The notes below the pieces were generated by a model, which was not told the origin of the DNA, ran no database searches, and was given only the letters and a program-made list of their open reading frames with translations. Shown in pieces: positions 1 through 13,797 of a stretch of DNA of 64,000 nucleotides. Source of the stretch: Takakia lepidozioides (Eukaryota > Plantae > Bryophyta); the NCBI GenBank assembly GCA_030704615.1, contig CM060731.1, forward strand, positions 49,600,001-49,664,000. The letters run 5' to 3'. Position 1 is the stretch's first letter, and every line of letters begins with the position of its first letter. A program made the translations under genes and the position numbers.

Positions 1-2695
1 GCTCAAACACTCCCATTTCCTTCCTTTCTTGTGCATTAAGTATGCCAGAATTCAGGATTATTTGAGCAATGATTGGGCCAGACACAATGATAGGAGACTT
101 TGCGGTAGTACCTTGTAATCTTTTCATCTCCTCTACTAGTGCGTTGTACATTATGTCCGCCCATTGTACCTCTTGTCCCTTCAGGCCTTTGAGTATTTCC
201 TCTGTGAAGGATCTACTCAAATATTGTTGGTTCTGCTTCAGGGCAATCAGAACGTTCAATACCTGGCCTATCTCTTTTAACCCTGGGTACACAGCTTTGG
301 TACAAGCATAACCCTGAGTTTTAAAGAAACTCCCTTCTTGGAATAAGTCCCCTATTTGCAGTCTTGCCCTGTGTTCCTCCACATGCACCTGACCTGCTGG
401 CAATCGAAACAATTGCTGGAGGTATAGGGGAGTAATCATTAATTCAACTCCCTTCACCGTTGTTGTTCCTGTCCTTGGCTCAAAGTTCTGCAAAAATTGT
501 AACATGTACTGTCTATGGTGTAGTGTCCAATCCAGGCTTTGCAATCCTTCCAATCTCAACTCCTCCAGTATCTTTATCGCCTGTGGGGTAGCCATCGTTT
601 ATTTCTGCAGAATTGTGGTGCTCTTCACCCTGATTTCCTCCATTCCTCTCACTCTCTTCATTTTAGACTCACAGAACTGCTTTGGCTGTAACAACTGCAG
701 GAATGCCTGTAGTGCACAAAGCATAAACGTATGGTTGCCGCAGAAAGCTATGGGTAATTTCTTGTAAGCCTGCGGGGCTTGCAAGCATTGCTCAAGAGAA
801 AAGCTCTGCTTTGTCTTTTCGTGTCTATGCCACTGCGTAAGTAATATTGCGAGCGTATAGTCTGTTAGTTCCTCCATAGTTTCCAAGTTATAGCATTTAT
901 GGCCCGTCCTGTCGAGACGCCCGTTACTTAGAACGACGCCGCCTCTTGCGCTCAATTTCCCTCTATTTTCTTGATCCTTTCTCTGGTTTTCTATTGGCTG
1001 TATCTGCTGTGACTGGATTTTAAATTTTATCTTCTTTAGTGGACTTTCCCTCTTGGATAGTCCACTAGGATCACACATGTGACAAGAATTCGGCTTTTCT
1101 GTACTTGCCGTTCGTTCCGTTTCTCTTTTTCCGTACTCATTAATGGGCCTGGCTTTCATCCCTTTTGACGGCCGTTCTTGTCTTCTTTCTTTTTGACACC
1201 TGTCCTTGCACTTCATTGTCTGCTGTGTGTCGCGCCCTGACCTCCACGTGTCTATTTTTAAAGTAATTTCCGTTTCCTCTTCCGTCATCCATTTTCCTGA
1301 AGTTATTATGTGTCCACTTGTCACTGATTCTATGGATGGTATAACTTTAGTAGGCTGTGTTGAGCTGTGACAGGCTGTGTCATACTGTGTTACACTGTGA
1401 TAGGCTGTGATGCACTGTGGTAAGCTGTGATAGGCTGTGACACGCTGTGGTAGGTTGTTATAGGTTGTGTTGCGCCGTGCTGGGCTGTGATAGGCTGTGT
1501 TGCGCCTTGCTGGGCTGTGATAGGCTGTGTCACGTCGTGATGGGCTGTGATAGGCTGTGTCACGTCGTGATGGGCTGTGATAGGCTGTGTCACGTTTGTT
1601 TTGCCCACCCTGGTCGTATATGCTGGGCCTAGCAACAAGTGTTCCATACTCCGTTCGTAACACTGGTGCAGCCCGTGACTGTTCTTGCGGTTCTATATGC
1701 AAATCATGTTGCAGGGGTTTGTCATGGATACCACTGTACCCCTTCAACTTATTTGCATTGACTCTTCCCAGCATTTCTTTGTTAATGGTTTGTAACATGG
1801 CGGTGTTGTTATCATACATCTTTTGTATGACATAAGGTCCTTTCCATGGTGATTTAAGCTTAGAAGCTTGAATCTTTCCTTTCTTCTGCAACCATAGAAC
1901 CAAATCCCCCGTCTTAAAAGTCTTTATCTTGCCTTCATCAAACTGTTCCTTTCGCTTCATCTGAATTCTGGTCATATTATCAGCTGCATCAGCACGTACT
2001 TCTTCCACATGGTATAATTCATGTTTCCTGACCTTGATGGAGTTTTGCAATTCCATTCTTTTTCCCCACTCCGTTCTCATGGTAGGTAACAGGAATTCCA
2101 CTGGAAGTAAGGCTTCCATACCATAAACTAATTGGAATGGTGTATACTTAGTGGTGACTTTATATGAAGTCCTGTATGACCATAAAGCTGTCAGCAGCTT
2201 TGTATCCCAATCCGTTCTGTTTGCATTGACTATCTTAGCCAAGATAGTACATAGTATTTTGTTGGTAGCCTCTGCCTGCCCATTACCCTGCGGGTAATAT
2301 GTTGTACTCTTTCTATGCACAATCATAAACTCTTTAGTCAACAACTCAATGGTCTCATTCATGAAGTGACTTCCTTGATCACTGATAAATTCTAAGGGAC
2401 AGCCAAATCGTGTAAGTATGTTCTCATACAGGAACCTTGCTGTGGACTTGGCTGTGTTGTCCCTCAAAGCTTTAGCTTCCACCCACTTTGTAGTATAATC
2501 AGTGGCTGTAATTATGTACCTGTTTCGTGTATTCTTGGATGGTGGATTAATTGGTCCAACAAAGTCTAGTCCCCATTTCTGAAATGGTTCCGTAGGCATT
2601 GTAGGATGCAAAGCCATCCTTCCAGATCTCTGCAAAGGTCCTAGCCTCTGACATTCATCACACTTCTGACAATACTCGTGTACATCTTTGAACAA
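1..2695 (-). pseudogene. pol: A1 integrase followed in frame by a repeat linker and the 3' accessory domain (premature TAA at 599-601)
   Basis: CDECQR, WGLDFVGP, ISDQGSHF, PQGNGQAE, WKGPY; reads on through TAYHSP repeats into the region homologous to A2 28048 onward. Confidence 0.88.
1355..1590 (-). repeat. 30-bp coding tandem repeat (TAYHSPxRRD), about 7-8 units
   Basis: Repeated gctgtgataggctgtg; the homolog at 27283-27550 has one extra unit. Confidence 0.9.
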
Positions 2696-3642
2696 AGTAG
2701 GCCACCAGTATCCTGGAGTAGTATCTTTCTACTGGTAGTCTCTTCTCCAAAATGACCTCCAGCCACTCCTTTATGAACTTCCTCCAAGACTTTATTTACT
2801 TCATGGTGGTACAAGCATCGTTTTAGTACTCCATCAGGTCCTAACTTATACATTCTGCTTCCTACCATAGTATAAGGTAAAGCTTTGATAGCAATTCTCT
2901 TCCTCTGCTCCTTACCATAACTAGGTGGGCACTGACCATGAGCAAGGTAGTATCTGATTGGCCACTGCCAATCTAACCATTCATCTGCACTTCCTTGAAC
3001 CTCTATTACAAATAAACTCGCATCAGGTAACTGATCGTCCACTCCTGTGGCGGCCTCTCCTGTTGTTAGTCGTGACAAATGATCTGCCACAAGATGCAAA
3101 CGGCCAGGCTTGTAAATAACCTCGAACTCAAACTCATGCAAGATTATTAACCACCTCGCTATCCTTCCACTTATCAAAGGTTTGTTCACCAGATATATCA
3201 GAGCCTGGTGATCCACATAAAACATAAACTTTCTTCCCAATAGGTAATGCCTGAATTTCTTGACTGCATAAATCATTGCCAATGCTTCTCTTTCCGTTGT
3301 ACTATAGTTCCTCTCAGCACTGTTCATCAATCGGCTAGCATAGTACACAGGTGAATCTATATTCCCTGTAACATTCTGGGCTAACACCGCACCCAACGCT
3401 TCTCCTGATGCATCGCAGTGAACATGAAATACTACATGCCAGTGGGGGTTAATCAGCACAGGTGTAGTTGTTACTGACAGTGTAAGTTCCTCAAACGCCT
3501 GTTGACATTCAGCTGTCCAGGCAAACACTGCATCTTTCTTCAGAAGTTTGCTCAATGGTGCTGCTATTTGTGCATACCTTTTGACAAATCTTCTGTAATA
3601 ACTGGTTTGCCCAAGGAATCTTCGTAGACTTTTAACATTCAC
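2641..3642 (-). pseudogene. pol: A1 RT connection / RNase H and start of integrase zinc finger
   Basis: CDASGEALGAVL, NYSTTEREALA, VDHQAL, VADHLSR; H...GGHFG. Confidence 0.92.
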
Positions 3643-3775
3643 TGGGGGTGGAGAGGCTTTAATGGACTTGTCTTCCTGGGATCCACAAGGAGTCCCTTCT
3701 TACACACAATGTGTCCCAGAAGTACCCCTGAGTTCACACAGAAAGTACACTTCTCTGGATTCAGGCCCAGACCTC

Positions 3776-5767
3776 TCATCTGCATCTGGCCAAACATAAC
3801 TCCAATTTATGCAAGTGCTCACTCTTAGAGCTGTACACACTGAAATCATCCAAGAATACCTGCATGAAATCATCCAGATACTCATGAAAAGATTCACTTA
3901 TCACTCTCTGAAAGGTCGCTGGTGCATTACAAAGTCCAAAGGGCATGACTTTGTATGCATAAGCCCCCCAGTCTGTGATGAAAGCTGTTTTCCCTTGGTC
4001 TTCTTCTGCCACTTGCACTTGATTATAACCACTGAAGCCATCCATGAATGAGTACATCTCATGGCCTGCCACAGTGTCTAATACTGCTTCTGTGAATGGC
4101 AAAGGGAAAGGATCTTTCTTCGTACAAGCATTCAGCTTCTTATAGTTTACACATACTCTTAGTTTGCCATTCTTCTTGGGAACTATAACAATGGGTGACA
4201 ACCAAGTTGTATACTCTATTGGGTATATAAACTTAGCCTCAGCCAACTTCTTTATCTCTTCTCCAACCTTCTGTGCGTAGTTGGGATTCATTCTATACCT
4301 CGCCTGCTTGATTGGTACTGACCCTGGTTCCAGTTCAATCTTATGCTGACAGACTTCAGGTGGTATCCCTTTTAGATCCTCATAGCTCCAAGCAAATACA
4401 TCTCTGTATTTGATGAACAAGCTTTTAGCTTCTTCGAAGAATTCCGGCTCCAAATCAGCTCCCACTTTCACCATCCTCGGTTCCTCCTGAGTTCCCACAT
4501 TTACTTCTCTCACCTGCTCATCAGCTGTGATTGTCCAACCAGTCACCACTTCATCCTGTAAGCTCACAGTGGCTGGTTCTTCTAGGATTTCTATTTCTCC
4601 TTCTCTCTCTTCATAGAAATGTGATGGGTAAATGCTAGTTTCCTCTTCAGTTGGTGTTGCTGTCACTACACCACAGCAGATACCTCTCAAACAACTTAGG
4701 CTTTCCAGCCGCATCTCCGCAACCTGCTCCCACTCTGGGTGTGCAGCAAATAGGGTAGCTTCCTGCTCCTCATCTAGTCCTCCTCTCCAGTCATACTCTC
4801 TGACTCCTCGAGGTCTTCTTGTAGCAGGTAATCTACTAGATTTCTTTGTGGTAATTTGTATCTCGTGTATCCCATTATGCACGGTTAATAACTGAGAATT
4901 CCAGTCATGGAATACCATGGCCTGTTTCAGCCACGGACGTCCCAATAATAAGGAGTAAGCCTCCATGACTTCATGCATTTTTAATACAGTTACTGTGATC
5001 ATAAAGATCATTTTCTGTATCTGTATCTTAACTCCTCTTATTAATCCCAATGGCTGCACACTTCTTTGATCTGCCATTGTTACTGTAAATGGGGCTGGTT
5101 TCATGTTACTTAGACCAAGCTTCTTCCTTAATTGGTCTGTCATGATATTTACTCCAGAACCACCATCTATCATTACATCAGTTAGTTCTGTGCTTCCAAT
5201 TCTCAATTGGATTACTGGCATAGAATCATCAAAGTCCATGACTGGTTCTCGCCCTTCCGGCTTCACATTATAACTGGTCACCTTGCTGTTCAGGTCTGTG
5301 TTTCCTGTCTCTTGGGCAATTCGATTGATTGCCTGATACAGCCTGTGCCTACAATAAGGTGCCACAGCTAATAGCTGTCCAATGGTAATTTCTGCTTTGG
5401 TCTGACATATTACTGCAGCCAAAGTCTCTTCATTACTTTGCATGTCTGCATCTTTTTTTTTCCTTTCTTCCTCACTCCCTTCTTTTTCTCCATCCGAATC
5501 AGAGGAATCTGCCACAGGAATATCAGTACTCTTTTGCATTTCCCTTATAGTATCTGCCACTTCCTTGTGCAGTTCCTTCTCATCTTTCCAAGTCTCTTCA
5601 TCTTCAGGCATATCATTGCCACTTCCAGTCTCATCTTCTTCCTCTTCTACTGGAGGTATTAGTTTGGCTTTACTTCTTGTTACTATCATTGTACTTACTT
5701 CTGATACAACACATGGCCTAACCATGTGAGCTGCCACCACTGGGCCCTCATTCACAGGAGCTCTCAT
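3776..5767 (-). pseudogene. pol: A1 aspartic protease + reverse transcriptase
   Basis: IDGGSGVN protease motif; RT motifs LRVCVNYKKLN, MDGFSGYNQ, MPFGLCNAPATFQR, FLDD; frameshift near 3780. Confidence 0.92.
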
Positions 5768-5827
5768 CTCATTCTGGTGTCTTATCTAGAATGAACAGGC
5801 TGCCTTGCGATGTCCTGGCTGATTACA

Positions 5828-7411
5828 CTAGTAACATAGCTCTTCACCATTGGGTCCTCGCCCTTGGTCTGTTCTTGGATTATTTCTATAATCCTGATTC
5901 CCGGGCTGGTAATTCCCCCTTGGATTACCCTGATAGTTGCCTCTGGAATTTCCTTGGTAATTCCCTCTTGAATTACCTCTCCCTTCCATGCCATTGTTAT
6001 AACCACCAGACCTACCATAGTGGTCCTGATCATTGTTTCTTCTTGGCTGGGGTTGCACCTGATGCACCCTTACTTGCCTAGGTTCTCTTGCAGCTGTCCT
6101 TCTGTTGTAGTAACAATTCTCAGTAGAATGGTTATCCATTTTACAGATAGTACAGTGTTTCTCCTTCATGTGGCATTCTGTGGTGGTATGGCCTTCATTC
6201 TGGCACTTTGCACACCATACACCCTTCCTCCAATGTGTTGCAGCCTCTGTGGCATACTTCTTCAAGATTTCTTCCAATTTTTTTTCATAGTTATCCCTCT
6301 TCAACTTCTCCTTTCTCTTACTCTTTCTTTTTAGTTCTTGCTCTTCTTCTTCATCTGACTCATCCTCAGAGTCCTCATCTTCTTTTTTCTCTCTCCTGAG
6401 CATTCCCAATTGCTCAATTCTGTTCGCAGTTTCAAATGCCTCCTCCACTGTGTTATGGGGTAACATATCCACTTTCTTTTGCAACTCTGGTCTTAATCCA
6501 CTCACAAACCAAGTCTTCTGTAAACCGGGCGCTAGTACTGCAGCCAGCTTTTTCATCATCAATTCCATCTTCTCCATATACTCTTCAACAGTTTCATGCT
6601 TCTTCTGCTTCAGCTGTTGTAAACTTCCATACACTTCATCCTCAGTTTTACTTGTCCTGAACCTATTTCGAAATGCTGTATTCAAGCCATTCCAGGTTAG
6701 GAAATGATTATCAGGGAATCTTGCATACCATTCACTTGCTTTCTTGATAAGTGAACAAGGAAACAGTCTCATCTTGGCATCATCGCCATTCTCATTGTTC
6801 ACTATACACATGTGCTCAAATTGGCTAATGTGTACATCGGGATCCCCTTTTCCTGAATATATTGGAAAGGGTGGTTTTGCCCGTGTTGGTTGTAACGCCA
6901 TCTGTGGCCCTACCTTCTGCCCACTGACAGGTGCTGGCACCCTTGCTGGTGCTGGTCCCTCTGGACCTGTTGTTTTTGTGGTGGATCTTCCACCAAGTGG
7001 TGGCCCTTGAGCACTCCTTGCTTCTGGTCCCACGATATTCCCAGTATTCCCAGTATTCACAGTATTCAGTTGCACTACTGGAGTTCCTGCTTTTGGTGTT
7101 CCATGCCAACTCTTATCAAAGATTTCTGTCAAGTCTTTTATCCAAGGATGTACCTCAGATCTTTCACCTCGTGATTGATCTTCTTCCTGTACCAATTCCC
7201 TTAATCTTTCTTGCAAAGAAACAGAAGGAGTGGCATCCAACTCTAGTTCTTCCGGTATAGGTGATGCACTCTTTGATCTTGATGGTGTGAGAGGTCCAGA
7301 TGATTCCCCTATGTCTATTCCTCTCTCCCAAAGATATGGATAATTAGCTTTCAGATAGCTTTCTCTTTTTGCTGAATATCTCTGTCGTCTAGCTTCTCTT
7401 TCATCACTCAT
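5828..7411 (-). pseudogene. gag: A1 gag (retrotransposon gag domain, CCHC knuckles CAKCQNEGHTTTEC / CTICKMDNHSTENC), premature stop
   Basis: YSGKGDPDVHISQFE...LFPCSL...ASEWY...LKQKKHETVEEY; TAG at 5828 where A2 has TAT. Confidence 0.9.
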
Positions 7412-7433
7412 GTCCCATGTCTTTCATTTCTTT

Positions 7434-8129
7434 TTAATGTGACAATAACCAAAACTCTCTTTTGTAATATCTCTCGTATATGCCTGGGTTTCTTTCAAGC
7501 TTCAATGCACCCTTGGCTATACTTGAAGTCTCCGTTACCATATAACCATATGGCAAACAAGTCTGAAAAGCTGTTCTTGGTGTGAGTTTGATCCACAAAA
7601 TATCCTTTGGAATCCAATTCTTTACCAGTACAAGCTCTTCATGCATATGAGTATAAACATTCACCTTTCTTTCTTCCCAGCCTTCAAACTCTACTCGTTT
7701 AATGGATAGCAATGCAATCACATAAACCAATGTTGGTAACCAACGTGCTCTTCCTCTACAGGCTACCTGATAAATCTTTATCACTCCTTTCTCCAGACCC
7801 CATTCTGGATCAGCATCATGCACTCGTTTAAGAATATTTTCTTTACAACCGTCTGGCAATTCCAAGAACCTTTGAAAGAATTGTTTGGACAATCTTTCTT
7901 CCTTCGTTCCACAGGGAATTTGATTCACTTCAAATTCTTTAATGGTCCAACCACCATGATCCCACCAGATGCCTGTCACATCCGGTTGTTCATGTCCCAG
8001 GTCCCCAGTATGGTCGCCAAATGTCGCGCGGCTTTTACTCACCCATCCCTTCGCTATCCGAGGCGGAAACTCCAAGATAGAAGAGTTGGAAATCTCTAAG
8101 TACTCAGCCCGCGCAGAACAATCAGTCAT
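7434..8129 (-). CDS. A1 upstream ORF (231 aa, unknown function) preceding gag
   Basis: Open in both A copies with 7 aa differences; begins inside the LTR and spans the PBS. Confidence 0.6.
   Translation of the reverse strand: MTDCSARAEYLEISNSSILEFPPRIAKGWVSKSRATFGDHTGDLGHEQPDVTGIWWDHGGWTIKEFEVNQIPCGTKEERLSKQFFQRFLELPDGCKENILKRVHDADPEWGLEKGVIKIYQVACRGRARWLPTLVYVIALLSIKRVEFEGWEERKVNVYTHMHEELVLVKNWIPKDILWIKLTPRTAFQTCLPYGYMVTETSSIAKGALKLERNPGIYERYYKREFWLLSH
8002..8019 (-). promoter_or_regulatory. Primer-binding site TGGCGACCATACTGGGGA (tRNA-Arg-like)
   Basis: Starts with TGG 2 nt after the LTR end; resembles the Ogre/Tat tRNA-Arg PBS (TGGCGACTCCACTGGGGA). The A2 copy is at 22577-22594. Confidence 0.8.
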
Positions 8130-9046
8130 GACCTACAGCTAGTGTATCATGGGGGTGTTTCCTATTTGTTTCCCTTTCCGCATTCATCTTAGCTACCTTA
8201 CCATTGATAATTAAGTATCAGTTTGCTTCATCAATCTATCAGTTTCCTTCACTCTTTCATTCAATCCACAGCTTCACTCAGATCTCTCTATACAGTGTGA
8301 TTGTATCGCATAAGTATCCGATTATGATTTATCAGGTATCAGGCCGAAGCCATTGTGTCTCTAATCTCCTCTACAATATCACTACAGCTTTGCATATAAC
8401 AAGCATCTACTAATCCTCTTTCCTCCTTCACCGTGCTCTCCATCTTTTGCTTCCGATCTCCGCTCCAGCCTGACTAAGAAGTCCTCCTCCGAATAATGAT
8501 CCCTTTCAATTCCCCGTTTTTCCCTTTATCTTCCTATCCGCAGTTCTAACCGTTTCCCTCACTAACCGTCGTCTGTGAACTAACATGTTCCCTTCGCAGG
8601 TGTTGTTCCCCACAGTCGTTCCCTGTCCTACTCTTCGTTCCCTATGATCGTGACAGCTGTGTCAAGCTGTGACTGGCTGTGTGAAACTGTGACGGGCTGT
8701 GACTGGCTGTGCGACTGTGTTTGGCTGTGTTGGCTGTGTGGGCTGTGACGACTGTGACGGGCTGTGTTGGCTGTGTGGGCTGTGACGACTGTGACGACTG
8801 TGACGGGCTGTGTGGGCTGTGTGGGTTGTGACGGGCTGTGTGGGCTGTGTGGGCTGTGACGACTGTGACGGGCTGTGTTGGCTGTGTGGGCTGTGACGAC
8901 TGTGACGGGCTGTGTTGACTGTGTAACCCCCCTCTACAGTGCGCTGCTGTCACCCCTAAGGCTCCTGTTGGTCTCAGTCTGTGCAAAAATTAAGGGTACC
9001 CTACAGATCCCGTATAAGTGTCTAAGTCCCCTACAGTCCTCTAACA
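8022..9046 (-). repeat. 5' LTR of A1 (TGTTAG...CGACA), with internal CACAGCC-type tandem repeats
   Basis: Reverse complement of the A2 LTR (21635-22574); TG...CA termini; immediately followed by the PBS. Confidence 0.9.
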
Positions 9047-11575
9047 ACTGTTCCAGCATTTGGAAGGCCCGCCTATGGACGATTACCACGAGTTCAGGCA
9101 AGGACATGAAGCAGAGATTGAGGAGTGGAGGATGTATTGGTCACCTGACTACGTCTCCATTACTCGAGGCACGACGCGACCAGTAGCTGCATCAGTACTA
9201 ATAGCTCCCACTGCCAGCACTAGTAGTGGAGCAAGTAGTGCAGGTACTTCTGTAGGTGGTACCAGTTCAAAAGGTGCTACTACTCCTCCTGCCACGACTA
9301 CAACACATGTGCCTAGATTCAACCCGGTGGTGGAGTTCTTCCAGGAGTTGCGGAGGAACTACCAAGGTGTACGGACAGAGAAGCTGCGAAGTTTGCAAGA
9401 CTTCCAGCGCAAACCCAGTGAGAGCCTGCGAGAGGCGTACACTCGTATGAGGCGCTTGATAAGTGTGACCCAAGGGGTTACTGAAGCTCAGGCAATCCAG
9501 TTTTGGTATGGAATTCTGGACAAGGAGCTCAAGAGAAGGGTGCGAGATGCAACCTTGTTACAAGCAGCCCAACCCACATTAGCAGATGTGTTTCTGCTGG
9601 CTGAGCGGATTGAGCTCAACATGGTGGAGGAGCGAGTTGTTACAATTGGATTTGGCAAGGACATGCCTGCACGGGGCACAACTGTCAGCCCACAGGCACA
9701 AGGGACTGCCCAACAGCGTGGTCAGGGGGGCAAGGTTGCCCAGCCCAAGTTCCATGGAGCTTACAGGGGACCTCAGGTGCAGAGGCCCATGGCATCTTTT
9801 GCAGGCCAACAGCAACCAGGGGTGATATGTTGGACATGTGGAGGACCCCATGTCAAAAGAGATTGCCCAGAGAATGGCAGAAGGCCGGCACAAGCACAGC
9901 CTGCACAGTTGCAGTGTGGGCATTGTGGCAAGTATGGGCATGTAGATGCCCAGTGTTATGACTTGCATCCTGAGTTGCGCCCAGGCCAGTTCCAAGGGAA
10001 CAATGGTGGCCGGGGGCGAGGTGGACCAGCCCAAAGAGGACGAGGTGGTCGGGCACGAGGTGCAGGCCAAGGGCAAGCTCCACATGGCCAAGGACGCGGA
10101 GGTCAGGGTGTTGACCAAGGCATGGCCAATCGGCTTCAGCAGCTAGAGCAGAGGCTCGCTGCCATGGCTATAGCTCAGGCGGTACCGGCTCCCAGGTGGG
10201 ATGGTCCACCTCCTGCTCCTGAGGGAGGAGATATGGGAGGCATGGGATTCATGTGCGGAGCAGCACTACCACTAGAGCAGGTGGAGTCTGCTGCAGCCGT
10301 GACTCGAGGAGCAGCACGAGTTCCTGAGCCACGAGGTGCAGAGGTGGAGTTGGATCCACAACGTGGGGAGGCAAGCCGTCAGGCGAGGCTGCCTCAGTCA
10401 TTCACCTTGGCGGAGACAGTGTCAACACCATCCATGGCACCTAGTTCTCGCCCGACTGTTACCGAGGCGGAGGTTACTATGCCATTGGGGAGAGCTACAC
10501 GTGCAGCACTGACACCTGCTACCAAGGCTAGTGCAGCCGGTGTGTTATTGGGGGCAGCCACCTCTGTGTGTCAAGCCCCACTGTTCTCGGCAACCATGAT
10601 TGCGACGCCGGGGGTGAGACCAGCTGCAGTGTTCAGACTAGCAGCAACTCTCTGTGAGAGTGGGGAGGTCACTTCATCTTCTGCGGAGTTAGTGGAAGGT
10701 ATAGTGGCAGAGGGATCCTCGGATTTGAGGGTCAAGACTCCCACGGCTGCGCCATGGCAAGTTGCAGCTGCCAGGTTGACGGAGCTGCCAGCTAGGCCAG
10801 CCATTGAGCGCGCCATGGTGACACCTGGAGTTGTCTTGTTAGACAACCAGGGAGGCATTTTCACTTTGAGTGGACCGGCAGGCAAGAAGTACCGGCCACT
10901 GCGGGTCTTGTTGGACTCAGGAGCTCAGCCACTGATGTTGGGCAGAGCTGCTATTGCAGGTTTGGGCCTCATGGAGGCGGATATGGAGCCTTGTCCTTTC
11001 CAGTTACAGACATCTCTGGGAAGATCAGAGCAGGCTCGCGGCATGACACGGCACCAGTTGGCTATTAGACTGCAGCCAGATCATCCTGTAGATGGCTCAG
11101 TGATGCGAGCCAAGGCCATTGTGACAGACGCGGTCTCTTACGATGTCCTCGTTGGTGGGGCAGTATTATACCCCATGGGCTTCACCCTGGATTTCTGGGA
11201 GGAGTCAGCATCCTACAGGCCTGGATGGCAGTCAGGGGATGGTCGCCGTGCACAGCTCCCTGTGACATTCATTGGGGGTATTGCAGCTGCCCAGCGGGGC
11301 AAGATGCCAACACTAGCCGCCTTCACAGCTGCAGTTAGTTGGCCTGGAGAGTTGCTGGAAGGCAATGCCCATGCAGAGGATGTGCCACCTCCAGCAGAGC
11401 AGGATGACATGCATGGTACGGCGGAGTTGCCTGCCATGGTTGCTCACACTCCGTTGTGGGGTACGAGCAAGGATTTGCAGCAAGCTGCTGATGGACGGGT
11501 GCAACAAGCTTGGGTAGAAGCTTTTGTACCGTCAGGAGAGGAGGAGAGTGCGGTGATTGCACCAGGGACACCACA
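9047..11575 (+). pseudogene. gag: B1 gag (two zinc knuckles) + aspartic protease, 5'-truncated
   Basis: CWTCGGPHVKRDC, CGHCGKYGHVDAQC, LLDSGAQ; begins mid-motif (G)LFQHLEGPPMDDY, which is complete in B2 at 48471-49043. Confidence 0.88.
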
Positions 11576-12580
11576 CCTCTTGTGTGGCAGCGGCCGGATG
11601 AAGGCATTTGCCTTCTGGACTTGTTTGGCGGGATCAGCACCGGATTGGCTGCTGTGCTACAGGCAGGTGTGCGGGTAAGGCGTTACCTGTATGTGGAGAG
11701 GGATGAGACTGCACGACGCGTCTCACTGCGCCATGTGGTTCAGTTGGTACAGCAGTACCCTGATTTGTTGCCTGTGTCTGCAGTTCGTGGATACCAACAA
11801 GCCTTGCCAGCAGACATTTCCTTGTTGGGGGCGCAAGATTTGCAGCAGGTTGGCTCCATTGATCTGATAGTGGCAGGTTGGCCCTGCCAAGGGCATTCAT
11901 CAGCCAGGCATGGCAATGGATTGCGAGACTCGAGGACGGGTCTGTTTTGGGAGATGGTGCGGATTTTGCGCTGCTTGCAGCTTCATCAAGCTGTATCTCC
12001 AGCATACATCTTGGAGAATGTACCACTGATGGGTGATTCTCGGGCCAGGGTGATGGCCAGTGTGCATCAAGTCCGGTCGTGGCTTGGGTCAGTAGTATTG
12101 CTGGATGCAGCTGCAGTGGGGTCACGGGCTCATCGTCCACGACTATGGTGGACTAACTTGATGCCACCCGCACTGCTCAAGCGTGCATTTGATGGGGTGC
12201 AGCGGCCAGCACACCTCACCGTGGATGGCATTTTGGACACAGGAAGGCAGTCTCAACGTGTGAGACACGATGACCGTTCGCCTTTGGCAGTGGTCAACAG
12301 GGTGGGTCAACCACGAGCAGCATTACCTACACTGCTCAGCTTCCCAGGATCCCATGCTTTTCGGGATGGTGGACCTGGCCTCCTGTGGGATGCTCAGTTG
12401 CAGCAGTTAGTGGAGCCTAATGCCGACGAGCGAGAGCGGGCTATGGGGTTTTCCACTGGGACCACGGCGGTGCCTTCTCTTTCTGAGGCATCACGTCGTC
12501 AGGTGTTGGGGCAAGCAATGGATCTCAATTGCTTGACCTGGATTGTCAGCTTGGCTATGGCTGAGCAACGTAGAGTGCGG
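11575..12580 (+). CDS. Cytosine-5 DNA methyltransferase domain embedded in the B1 polyprotein
   Basis: Motif I LLDLFGGISTG, II YVERD, IV AGWPCQ (catalytic Cys, 11882-11890), VI YILENV, VIII AHRPRLWWTN, IX ERERAMGF, X LGQAM; lies in ORF 11510-12853. Confidence 0.93.
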
Positions 12581-13011
12581 AGTGCACTTCCCTTGACGGT
12601 CTCTCTGCCTACCGAGACGGTACAGGCAGCGAGTGGGGGCGAGCCGGTGAGGACCACGAGGTGTAGACATCCATGGCACACGTGGGAGGTGCTCGAGGTT
12701 CAGAGGGAGTTGGCAGCGAAGGCAGCTGTGATGGATGAGGTTGGGGATTCTTCTCGGGATGAGGAGGTTCTCAATGATGAGATGATGGGGCAGGATGAGG
12801 CCTTGTCATTGACTGAGCAAGAAGGGGGTACTGCTCAAGAGGTTGCAGCATAGCAACCACGGGACGCGTCCTCTACCTCTAAGCCCACTGGACTTAAGGT
12901 TGCAGTTACGGAGGACAATTGGGAGCCTGACATTGGACCCATTGTCACCGGAGGAGAGAGACGACGTATACGGCGGTCCTGAGGTCTTATAGGAATTGCT
13001 TTGCCTTCAGT

Positions 13012-13791
13012 TTGAAGGACTTGGGAGCACTGAAGGGTCAAGAGATCCGTATTGAGTTGGCCACTGACACGCCAATCTTTCGGAGACCCTATAGATACAG
13101 TGACATGGAGAGGTCTTTGATTCAGATGAGGACTCAAGATCTCTGGGAGGCAGGTTTGGTGGAGCTCTCTGGTGGAGAGTATGCTTCAGCCACAGTGATG
13201 CCAGCTAAGAAGGATGTCTATGGCAATTGGACGGAGAGACGTATGTGCGGCGATTACCGGCCTGTAAATCGTCAGACCAAGTCCGATAGGTATGCCATGC
13301 CAACACCAGAGGAGATCTTTGATGCCATTGGGCATTCCAAGGTCTTTAGCACGTTGGATTTACGATCCGGATATCACCAGTTGCCGATCAAGGAGGCGGA
13401 TAAGCAAAAGACGGCATTCTGGGGGATCAATGAGCACGGGAAGGATTGCCTATACCAGTGGCGGTTCTTACCATTTGGGCTTAAAAACGCTCCCGCTGAG
13501 TTTCAAAGAGTCATGGACATGATTCTAGCAGGGGTGGAGTTTTCTCGGTGCTACATAGATGACATCATCATCTTTAGTGCTACGGTGGAGGAGCATGAGA
13601 GACACCTTCAGGGGGTATTTGAGCACTTGAGGACGCACGGATTGAAGTTACATCCGGGCAAGTGCAAGTTTTTCCACAACCAGATTGAGTATCTGGGTCA
13701 CATGATATATCCTGGAGGATTGGGGGTACAGCAGACTAAGGTAGAGTCCATTGCACAGGTTCCACGCCCCACGGATGTGAGCCGAGTTTGA
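13012..13791 (+). pseudogene. pol: B1 reverse transcriptase
   Basis: [37 protein letters not shown]; TGA at 13789 (probably CGA>TGA). Confidence 0.95.
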
Positions 13792-13797
13792 GCTTTC

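Larger units (their letters stand above)
1..9046 (-). mobile_element. Ty3/Gypsy LTR retrotransposon, family A copy 1 (A1), non-chromovirus (Athila/Tat/Ogre-like); 3' end lies outside the window
   Basis: Order LTR-PBS-ORF1-gag-PR-RT-RNaseH-INT on the minus strand; closely similar to A2 (21635-32532); inserted into gag of element B1 at 9046/9047. Confidence 0.95.

Noticed and set aside
8642-8986. ORF MHRLRPTGALG... (also 21695-21952, 31917-32183)
   Set aside because: Lies in the LTR tandem repeats; non-ATG start; frame differs between copies.
11575-12580. Host DNMT gene or bacterial contamination
   Set aside because: Intronless and colinear within a Gypsy polyprotein that is itself nested among plant retroelements.
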